From: Heterodontus francisci
Taxonomy: Eukaryota
Reading direction: 5' to 3'
Assembly: GCF_036365525.1 (NCBI RefSeq)
Contig: NC_090387.1
Coordinates: 77,003,300 to 77,067,299, forward strand
Length of the DNA stretch: 64,000 nucleotides
Part shown: piece by piece, positions 10,659-22,600 of the stretch
How positions within the stretch are numbered: the stretch's first letter is position 1
Layout of the letters: the number at the start of each line of letters is the position of its first letter
Notes under the pieces: generated by a model
Databases searched by the model: none
The model's input: only the letters and a program-made list of their open reading frames with translations
Told to the model about the DNA's origin: nothing
Made by a program: the position numbers and the translations under genes

Positions 10659-13600
10659 CTGTAAAGCCAATGTTTGGAAATATTATTAATTGGTCGTTTT
10701 GCAAGTTTTGTGCACTGCTGCTCAAAACAGTCATCAGAAGGACACACAAATAAACTTCGATCCATCACCAGGACAAAGTCAACAGAAGCCTATGCCTTCC
10801 CCTTTCGCATGACTGTTGAGGGTTCCCAGCCCTTGCCGTGATCAGAAGTGGTGTATTTTATAGATTTTTTTTGTTGGGAAAAATAGGGAAATAGTTTTGG
10901 GCACTAAAAGAATCAAGAGGTATGAAACTAGGGCGGGAAAATCCAGTTGCGTTAGAAGATCAGCCATTCACTTATAGCGTGGCAGAGCAGGCACGAGGGC
11001 CATATGGCCCATTTCTGCTCCTATTTCTTTCGGTCCCTATGTGCACTGGCGAAAGCCTCACATTAGTGACTCAAGCTATTTGAGCATTGACAACGGAATG
11101 GATTAGAAAATGATTGTGCGTCAAGGTTGCAAACGGCACAGTTTTTTTTCTGGGAAACATCCCGAAAATACTTTCCATTTTGATTATGAGCGTGAGCATT
11201 TCTGCGTAGAAAATGCATTTGGAACAATCCAAGCTTCATGAAAAAAGATAACAGTGCTTTCAACTTTAAGTCCTAATCGAATTCTACTTCCCCCGTTTAC
11301 CTGCAGGCGGTCACTAACCCCGAGGTTTGTACTAAAATCAAAGTCTTACAGTAGATCTTACCTTCATTATTTTGCAGTCGGTATCGCGTTACAATGACGA
11401 TCATTAGTACTAGAAACGCCAGTCCAACCACCGCACATACTGGAGCCCCGAAGTCAAGGGAGTTATTGACATAATACGTAAAATTAATAGAAACATTGAA
11501 TTATTGCGAGCGTCAGATAAAAATAGGCCTCAATACAGTTTATTTATTAAACTATTGGATGCCTTCAGTAACTCCGCAGTATAGAACGGCAAAAATAAAG
11601 CTTAAACAACGTTTCAATACCAAATATTTTTAGATATAACTTTTAAGTAACTTCTTCATCCAAAGATGACACATTCTGGATTTATCTGCGAAGCGGACTA
11701 TAAGTTTATGGATCTCAAAACAGTGTTAGGAGAGTTAGAACACGAGAGAGATCAATTTCCTATGACTTTGATCTTTCTTATTTGTTAACAGACAGCGTGA
11801 AGACATTAGATGCATTTTTCCCAAGTGTTTTTTTTTGTACCCGCACAAAAATCTGTAGAAATCGGGTAGGAATCCCCCTTCAATTATCTGAACTGTGTTA
11901 ATCAAAGTAGCAGTGTCATTCAATGGTAAAGGCGATCAACGGGCGAGGGCTTATTGATTATTGTGTCGCGGGGCAAAGAATTGCTAGCACGATGCATTGC
12001 ACCGGCTGTGTGTTGCCAAGTTAGGGGCAAAGTTTGAATGGGAGTTATGAGACAGATCCCAATAAAATGCGCTGTGGACTGGAGACAAAGTTGTCAAGGA
12101 GGTAAATTTCGGAACTCTGCACTGCAAGTAGCCAAAAGCCGGGTTAGGAATCGGGAACGGCATTGCGAAAAGCCCGAGTGCAAGCAACGTGACTGCAGCT
12201 CCTGGTCACACCTTTGGCGCAAGGAGAGTAGGCAATGGCAAAGGAAAAAAAAACAATTTTATAGGGAAACACAAGGAACTGAAAAATATTAATAATTAGG
12301 CGAGGAAAAACAAACGGATAGAAAAGATAAACTCCTATTTATGATTATTATGAAATAAATAAATGAATTTGAAAGTAAATACGCTTTGATTGTATTTGCG
12401 TGCTGGGCGATATAATCCGGTTTTATAACGCATCAAGTTCAATTCAAATTATGCATTAAAACATGAATTTAACAACTTAGTTGATATTTCTCACGAGGTT
12501 TCTGCGGATTAGCTTCATAACAATTAACACCTACAATGCGTACGATATATCTCTTTGCGATTTTAACAGTAGCTAACTCACCTATTTGGACTGTTTGCTT
12601 CGCGCCTTGTTTTAGTTTCGAAACAGTATGGGAAATGAGAACTGGAGTCTTCAGAGAGATATGAGAAACCGAACAGGTATAATTGATATCGCTCAGGACA
12701 GGTTGCGTCTCAACCAAAGAGCTAGAAACTTCATACAGTCCCTGACTGTTCTGAATTTTAACGGTATGTATTCCTAACGTAGTCTCGACTCCATTTTTAT
12801 ACCAAATGAGGATGACATTATCCGGATAAAATGCAGCCGTTTCACACTCAAGAGTCAAGGAAGCAGATGAATTCCCTTCAGGGGTCCTGGAGACAATATT
12901 CAGTGGGGTTGGGGCCACTACAGAACGGAGAAAGAACAAAGCCGTGTTACTAAGCGCCATCGAGAGAAACTAAATATAATTCTGACTTCCGTTCAGTCCA
13001 TTTTATTATAATAGCACCATTCAAAAGCCAGTCTCCTGTCCCTTTTATGTTATTCACAACATCTACAGCTAAAAGAATCCATATCTCGAAAAGACAGCGG
13101 CATCTGTTCAATTTTATATGCGATATTAAGTCTAAGACCTGGGCAGACAAGCCGGAACGATTTGTTAATCAAAGCATACCAAAGAATTAAGTCAGCAAAC
13201 CTGTGGAGCCAGCTTGCGTTGAGTCGTTCCGTCTTTGTTAAGCACAAATATACAGAGCCTATCAATCTGCATTTGATGATAAAACGAGGGTCTTAGCCGG
13301 TATCAGACAGATTTCACAACTGACGCACCGACGCATTGCAATTGGTGAAATCAATTAAATTCTGTTGAACCTCAGGAGGTTTCAGCAACACAATTCCTCT
13401 GTGTTCTATTTACTGGAGATCACTGAGCTTACGGCGCTGTGTCCTTCAAGCTCCAGTTTGCTGGGTGAATCCGTTCATCATCTATTAGTTGCACAATGAC
13501 TTTCAAATCAGTGACGCTAACAATATGTAAGAATTAATGTCTGGAATGTTAAACGGCAAAGACAGCGATAACGGTAGACAGGACATTAAAACGGGCCAGG

Positions 13601-16600
13601 AGCCGCGTATATCTTGGGAGAGACGCACTAAGAAACGATTTCCAGCCAGGTGTACACTTGGAGATTCAGTTATCAGACGTCTGGAGTATAAATCGCATTT
13701 GGAGTTATAGCCCAATTGGTTAATATTGATGCAATTTGCAGTATGCTGCGTGCAACATTGAATATCTAATTATCATTCCTTTCCAGAAATCAAGAATATG
13801 CAATTTAAGTTATTGCGAAATGTATAATACATGATTATACTGCTAAAATCGGTAAAATAAACCGTCATAAAACATCCCAGTTTATGTTCGATATATTTAC
13901 TATCGTCTTGCTTTCCTATATTTCAGACTTACCATATACAATTAGATGTGATCCGGTTCCATTTCCTTGAACTGTACCCTGATGGATCACTGCGCAGTGA
14001 TAGACTCCAGAGTCTTGGAAAGTCGTGCTCAGCAAATGAAAGAAACCTCTCGCTTTATTTTCCAGACCAAATCGCTTTCTCCTGTCTGGTTTTGTGTGCA
14101 AGTATTCATTCTCGCCCTGTTTCCACCAATGCACTCTTACGCTGGAATGGTCCGGAAAGATGGGGAATGCGCAGTAGAAGATAATTTCCCTCCCTCCAGC
14201 TGCAGTCACTACTTTGGGCGTTTGAGTCACTTTGAACGAAATGTGGTACGCAGCTGTGAGAAATATATTCAAATGTAAGTTACTTGCATTACATACGACA
14301 CAAAGATGGAAGAGAGAAACTGTTCCCTAGACAATGGAATTACGATTTACTAAATGAGTGCGGAGCTACTTTGGAAGCATTTTGTGAATTGAAGTATCTG
14401 GAGAAATTAATAAAGAGTTACCAGCATGAATAATTCCTCTAAGAGTCAGGCACAGACAAATCATACTCGCTGACATTCTGAGCTTTGAATTCAACTGATG
14501 ACTCTGCAGTTACTGCGAGTTTGCAACTGCTAGGAACTGTTTTCGGTTTGTTTTCTATGACATACGTCGCAGTGACGTTTGACATCCTGTAACCGCGGCT
14601 CAGGAATTAAGATTAGTTTGTTAAGTGTTATTGTCTAATTGCTATACTTATTCCATTATTCATCTGGAATCACACGTGTCACGGGCAAGAAAGATTAAGA
14701 GAATGTATTTGACTTTCAAATGCAGAATTGAATAATATCCGTGTTGCTTCCTGACAAATCATAGATTGCTTACAGCACAGCCGGATGGCAATCAGCCCGT
14801 GCTCTCTATGCCGGCTCTTTATAATAGCTACTCAGCTCGTCCCAAGCACCACCCCATCATCAACACCACCAACCCCCACCCCACCTCCCATCCCCACCCC
14901 GTCCTTTTCCGTAGCCTTGCATTTTTCTCTTCAGATGATTATTCAATTCCCTTTTGAAATCCACGAATTATTGGCATTCACTGCAATCGTAGTGCATTCT
15001 AGATCCAAACCACTCGCCCGCATAAAAACAAAATCCTCAAGTCGCCTTTAGTTCTTTTGCCATTCACCGTAAATCAATATCTTTTGGTTCTCTACCCTTT
15101 TGCCATTGGGAACAATTTCTCTCCATCTACTTTGTCCCGATCCCTCATGATTTTGAACATCTCCATCAAATCTCCTCTCAACCTTCACTTCTTGAAGGAG
15201 AACAGTCGCAGCTTCTCCATTCTATGCACGTAAATGAAGTTACTCATCCGTGGAACCATTTTCATGAATCTTTTCTTCACCTTTTCTGATGGATTCACAT
15301 CTTTGCTGAAGTGTGGTCTCCAGATTTGGGCACACTACTCCAGTCAAGGCTGAACCAATGGGTTACAGAAGTGCACCATGCCGAGGGTCCTGCATGCCAT
15401 AGTAACCAGTTTCTAACCTTCACTGCCACCTTCAACGATTTGTGCACATATACCCCCAGGTCCCTCTGATCGTGCACCCATTTAAGAATTGTATCCTTTA
15501 TTTTATATTGCCTTTCCAGTTCTTCCTACCAACATGCATCTTCTTCACACTTCTCTGCACTAAATTCTATCTGCAACGAGTCCGCCCATAGCAACATCAG
15601 AATTCAGTGGCGGGCAGGCAATTAACTGCCCGCACGTCGGGGGATGTGGTCCCTGTTAAGGGACAGGATCCCGCCCAAGAACGCCGGCCAAACAGAGGCC
15701 CACAGCTCAGCAGTCCCAGCAGCTCTACCGGGAACGGTGGTCCCTGCTCGTACTGCAGGAGCCCCGGAGCAGTAGCCATGGAGGAGGCCCAAGAAGGACA
15801 GGCTATCAGGGCCAGTCAGGCAGGCTCCTGCGAAGACGGTGGGGGTGGGTGTCTGTCATGAGTGCAAGGGGGCGGTTCATTCAGCCGTGGCAGCCATAAG
15901 GTGAGGGCCTCCGTGGGTCAAAGCGGGCCCTATCAGGAGGGCCGCCTCTCACTGGTAAAATACTCGTGGTGGCAGGAAAAGTTGTTTAAGTTGTCCTTAA
16001 TTGGTCACTTAATAGTTGGTGACCTTCTCCACCCAGGTAAGATTCCATGGCATCAGGACAGCGACGGGTGCTCCACCACAGCTTTTAAATTAATTCATAA
16101 AAGCATTCGTCCCGCTTTAGCGATTCAAATCTCACTTAGGAAGATTTATATATCACTGTTGATGTAAATTAGAAGTACAAAATCAAAATGACGTTTGCTA
16201 AAATTGTACCTGTATAATAGCCAGATTATAATTGTTTAATCGTTCGTTGAAGCTTGAAAGTGAAATATATCTTTATGCAATGATATTCTCATGTTGTGGC
16301 TCATCTAGACACCTTTATAATTTTGTATTGTAATGTGAACGGTGACAGTTAGGAATATCAGTTAGAACGAAGCACTGGTGATGGGCCTTGACTTTCGCAA
16401 CTATTTAAATGTATCAACTATCATTTCTGCCCTTTATTTGCAGCCCATCATTCTTATCTTTGTTTAAGTAGAAATGGGTAAACTGGACAGACACAAGAAC
16501 ACAAGAAATAGAATCACGATTAGACCATATGGCCCATAGAGCCTGCTCCACCATTCAATACGATCATAGCTGATCTTAGGCTTAAACTCGACTTTCCCAC

Positions 16601-19600
16601 CCATATCCCTTGATTCCCTGAGAAACCAAAAATCTGTCTATCTCATGCTTAAATGTATTCAACGAAGGAGAATCCACAACCCTCTGGGGTAGAGAATTCC
16701 AAAGATTCACAACCCTTTGAATGAAGTGATTTCTCCTCATCTCAGTCCTAAATGATCGGCCTCATATCCTAAACCCCTATGTTTTGCATTGCCTGACCAG
16801 CGGAAACAATCTCTCACTCTCTACCCTATCCAGCCCCATCCGAAACTTGTATGTTTCAATGAGATTTCCTCTCGTTCTTCTAAACTCCAGAGAATATAGG
16901 CCCAATTTACACAGTCTCTCATCATAAGACAACCCCCTCATCCTGGGGATTTTAATGAACCTTCACTGTACCACCTCCAATGCAAATATAGCCTGACAAT
17001 GAAGCAACCGTGTAAGCAAATGATTTCATTACAGCCGAGACAGGGAGCCGCGTCAAGTATTCAATTTAAATAGACGAACACAAACTCCAAGATATGAGAT
17101 TGATGAGGAGCGAAAATGTGCAAGCTTATGTAAGGGCCGAGAAGCAGATGCAGAGAAACAATGTGCTAGAATTGCCACAGGCTTCAGGATCACGGCCACC
17201 GAAACAAATGGAGACCCCGAGCCTGCACTTGCCCGCAGCAAGAGTGCCTCAGCAACCTTTAGGGATGCGGCCTCTTAATTGGCTGCAGTCATGTTCACCG
17301 TCCTATTAAAAACGGCAGATGGGCTCTAAGTGCTACAGGCTCAATAAGAACGATGGGCAGCTTTGGAACCTCAGCAGCCCCAGTGGGATAGGTGGGTACT
17401 GTTGAGGATGTTGTTGTGGATGCGAGGGAGCCGCAACATGAATAAAATCTAAGATGTCAGGTCCATCAGGATGGAATGGAACCTGGCCGCTGGATCAGGA
17501 TAGGCCAAGATTGCAGTCTTTGGCTCCAACAGCCTCCATTGATTTGGCTGTCTCTGCAAGCAGTGGGGGCCATTGCACTGGTAACAAAATGCCGATAAAG
17601 TTGAAAAAATCCCCATAATTGGGGCCTTAACCAGCGTAATTGCCTACTGGCCTCCGTCGAGCAAGCAGATGATCGGATTCCTAGCCCACCCCTGGGAAGG
17701 ATTCGCGGTCACGGGAATGCATCGGGCAGCTGTTCGGACGTGGCTGATCCGTATTTTCCGGGCTCCCCGGCCTCCAGGCCCACCATCACTGGGAGGCAAA
17801 ATTAAGCCCAATGAGCAGCAACGCGGAGTTCACATTTATGCGATACTTACGTATTCAGGCAGGTGCTGACTTTGAGTGTGTATTACACACTTGATGCTTC
17901 GAGCATCAATTCACAAACCAGCAAAACAACTATGTAACAATATTTCCAATCCGTGGCTTCACACAGAGGAACAGCACCTGACAAGTCGAAATACGTGACA
18001 GTAGATTTGATTACTTCCGAGAATACAGAGTTATCTAAAAAAAAAAGCTCAGACTATTCTGAGCTTTGGCGAAAATCCGAAGATAGAATAACAGAGGCCG
18101 TCTGCAGCGATGTAAGAATCAAATAGTTAAGTGTAATTTTCGGTAGGAAGGTCATGTTATCCATATATATATAGATTGTACGGCACTATTATTTCTGCAC
18201 GTTATGTAATTACCAACAATCTGGCACGGCACACATTTTAACATTGTATTCTAGAATGCAGTAACAGTTATTACTTCTAATCATTTATTATTTTTCAATC
18301 AGTAAAGAAATGTATACAGGAAAACGTGAAATTTGGAGATATTTTCACATTAGCTCTGCATCCATTAACAGAACAAATTAAACAAGGGTGTAATTCTAAA
18401 GGTGTATAGACAGAGCAAATAGGGAGAAATTGCTCCCAATGGGAGAAAGGTAGAGGGCACCAACTAAAGGTGATTGTCAAAACAATAAATGGTGGCATGG
18501 GAGAAACATTTTTTTTTAACGGAGCGAGTGGTTAGGATCTGGAATGCAGTGCCTGAAAGTATGGTGGAGGCAGAGTCAATCAAAGCTTTCAAAATAGAAT
18601 GGGATGCATATCTGGAAAAAAAATGCAGGACTATGGCGAAAAGGTGGGGGTTGGGGCATTTGATAATTTTAACACTTGGATACCTCAGCCACATGGAACG
18701 TAACCCACAAAGTTACTTTATTTATTATTTATTCTTAAGAAACAGCTAATTTTTTAAAACATCATTCTTTTTAAAACGGGTTAACCATTGATTTTTGAGT
18801 GTATGGATGTGAATGGGGGTGTTAGATTAAAATAAGAAATTATCAGGTCTATTGACATACGTTTATCTGAATAGTGTTTAAGATTTAGTTTTAATGAATA
18901 GGTAATTTGTTGTTGTCTAAAGACCTGGTTTGGTCTGTTTGATTCTGGAGGTTACTAGAGTGTTTCATTTGGGTGATTTCAGGTTGGGTAGGAGAACATT
19001 AATAATATGCAGTGATTTGTGGAGAGATGGGACTGAATTGACAATGCATTGCTCCCATCTTTTGGAATCATATTAATTGCTCGTCTCTGAAATAACATAT
19101 AAATTGTGGTCTTGTGGCTGGCATCATATTAATTACTCTCGTATCTAGATTCATATTAATTGGAGACTTGATTGTTGGGATCCAAATCTAATGCCAGATA
19201 TGGAAAAAAAGAAAAGGTTTCGTGTGTAATAAGGTACAGTCTTTTCCACCAGAATGACACCAACAGTTGCAACAGCTTTTTTTCTGGGAAAGGATAATGC
19301 GTCCCTCAGTGACTTGACAACTTTAACTAAGAAGAAACTAAAAGAATTGGCGGACAAATTGGGATTAGAATTGAAATCAGCTGCCAAAAATCAGTAATTA
19401 TTGACATAATAGCCCAAAATCTAAAATTAGAAGAAGAGGAAGAAGATCGTATGTCAGAGAGTGATGCAGTTGAATTGGTTAAGATTCAGTTAGAAACGAA
19501 AAAAGCTGAGCAGGAAAATGAAATAGAATTAAGAAGACTTGACAAGGAAAAAGAAAAAGAAACAGCAATAGCATTGGAAATATTTACGTTTGAATATCAA

Positions 19601-22600
19601 AGAGAAAGTGAAAAATAAGAAAGGGAATTTAAATTAAGAGAGATGGAGCCAGTAGTCTTGAGGGGTAGTCTTGAATCTAGGGGAAATTCTGGTCAAGAAG
19701 AATCTGAATTCAGCTCAGGGCCCAGCAGAAAGCTGTTTACATTTATACAAGCTGTTCCTAAGTTTGTGGAAATGGATGTAGAGGCATTTTTCATATAATT
19801 TCAAAACATAGCCAAACAAATAAAATGGCCAAAGGAATCCTGGACACTGCTGATACAAAGCAGGTTGATAGGCCAGGATCATGAAGTTTATGCCAGGCTT
19901 CTTGAAGAGGATTCTGCAAATTATGAGATGGCAAATTAAGCTATTCTCGTATGAATTGGTCCCTGAAGCTTACTGTCAGAGGTTTCCAAACTTATGGAAA
20001 TTAATTTTGACCGTTGAATACTGGCAATAAAGATGGAAACTGAATATGAGAAGCTTTGAGAATTAATTCTCTTGAAAGAGTTTAAAAAATCAATTCCTTC
20101 AGTTGTAAGATTTCATGTTGATAAACTGAAAGTTTTGAAAGCTAGGCAAACAGTGGAAATTACTGATGATTTTGTGCTTGCGAATAAGCCAAAACCTTTT
20201 GTCCATCATCCCCATAAACACAAGAAAGATAGAAAGTGGGAGTGCAAGGAAGGCAAGTAGCCAGGGACAAGAAAGAACAGCGGGGTATTCCCCAGGATCA
20301 CGTCAGCAATTAAGAAAAGAAGGTGTTTAGGGTAAAAGTGAGGTTCGCAAGCCAAGGTGTTATTATTGCCACAAAATTGGTCATCTTCATTCAGAATGCT
20401 GGAAATTGCGAGGTAAACCCTTGGGACATGATGAGGTATGCAAAGCTAATGCAGAGGAAAAGACTCTGCCTGACAGTATAGCAGACCAGGCTATAGCTTT
20501 AATGGCAGCGGTAAAACCAGATACAGTAACTGAAATGAGTGTGGAGGTTAAGAATAAGCTACCTGAAAGATATAATGAATTATTGTCCATGTCCTGTAAG
20601 TGAGGCAGGGAAACCTATCATTATACACAGGGATACAGGAGCAACCCAAATACCCTTGCTGGAGAAAGAGATTTCGTTTCCACCAGAGAGCACCTTGAAT
20701 GCGAAGTTTTAGTTAATGGAATTGGCCGGAATACCTACCAGTAACTTTATATAAAATTATGCCCAGACAGTTACTGGATGGTAACTGTGGGAGCTTTCCA
20801 CAGTTTGCCAGTAGAGGGGATTGATCTACTCCTAGGAAATTATATGGCCGGATCAAAAGTTCAGTTTCCCCTATAGTTACAGAGAAACCAGGTGAAGTTA
20901 GGGAATCAGAACAAGTGCCAAGAATATTTCTTGCATTTTTAGTCACCCGAGCAATGGTTAAAGAGGCTCAATTGTTGGAGGTAAAAGTGGCACCGTAACA
21001 GATAGCCAAGTACCAGAATCCTTATTTGAGGATTTAGATAATCCAAATGAGATGTTTAACAGATCTTCTATATTCGCAGCCCAGCAAGCTGATCCAGAGT
21101 TATACCGAATGGCACAGATGGCTCTGACAGAAGCTAAGACGAAAGGAGGTCCAGTAGGCTATCATATGGCAAACAGGTTTTGAGGAGGAAATGGAGACCG
21201 CCTCATAGACCTGCAGATGAAGACTGGGCAGTTGTTGAACAGATATTGGTACAACCTAAATACCACCAAGGATTATTAAGGTTAGCACATGACATTCCTT
21301 TTGCAGGACATAGGGGAATTCGGAAGGCCAAATCACATATAGGTGAACATTATTACTGGGCAGGTCTTACAAAGAATGTGAGACAATTTTACAGGACATG
21401 CCATACATGCCAAATGGTGCAGAAACCGCAACCTACCATAAAACCGGCACCACTACTTCCCATTCCAGTGATTGACAAAACATTTAGTAGGGTCTTGGTG
21501 GACTGTGTAGTACCCTTGCCAAAAACAAAAGTGGGACATAAATACATACTTACTATCATGGATATGACTACTCGATTTCCACAGGCCATTCCTTTGAAGA
21601 CAGTTGCTGCTTTAATAGTATTAGAAAATTCTTTACAAGATATGGGTTACCACTTAAAGTTCAATCGGATCAATGGTCTAATTTCATGTCTAAGATATTT
21701 CAAGAAGTCCTGGGCAATTTGGGCATTAGCCATTTGAACTCTTCAGAATATCATCTACAGTCACAGGGAGTTTTAGAGAGGTATCACCAAACTCTCAAAA
21801 CAATGATTAGAACATACTGTCACGAATATCTGTATGGCTGGGATAAAGGACTAGACTTTCTTTTATTTGCCAGCATTGACCCACTGAGTGAGTCTGCAGT
21901 CTTCGGTCCTTTCGAAGTGATTTACAGACATGAGACAAGAGGTCCTCTGGAACTGACAAAAGACAGATTCTTGGAACAAATGAATGAATCTTCGATACTG
22001 GACTATATATATGGCTGCAATTCGCCAGTGGTCTTGATGCCTAAACCTAATGGGTTGGCCCACCCTTGCATAGACTACAGAGAAGTCAATGCGGGAACGA
22101 AGGCAGAGTCCGACCCAATTTCTCATTTCGAACACTGTATGGACAGAGTGGGCAACGTAATGTGTCTTAACAAGATAAATGCGTCGGAGGGATACCGTGT
22201 AATTCCTTTGACACACCAGGATAAGGAAAGGTCAGTTTTTATTTTACAGGATGGGGCTTTTCAGTATCAGTTGATACCACACCGGTTAATGTGTACTCGA
22301 GAGTCTTCTTAGAGGATAATTAACCCAATAGTGGCCAGTGTTCCTAGCTGTGCAGTTCACCTGGCTGAGGTGATGTACTGTAGGGGCGCTTGGAAGGAAA
22401 ACATGAAACAACTGGGAGACTATGTTTACAATGCTTCCTCTGAATCCAGCCATTGCTTCTCATACTCCCTTCCAATGTTTTATTTCTGTGCAGCCTGTAG
22501 GAATCTGCTGAGTTCCCTCTATATATGGCGCCTGCCTTTTACCTGCCCGAAATTCCTCCCATCCGCCACTGGCTGGCTCTCACGCCTACCCACCATTAAT

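Noticed and set aside
13933-14253. Rearranging Ig/TCR V segment or IgNAR
   Set aside because: The J-like strand is fused in the exon, there is no RSS, and the gene continues into a TM and ITIM tail.
16205-16260. Alternative leader exon ending CAG|GTAC on the minus strand
   Set aside because: No ATG, and a stop codon in the phase-1 frame.
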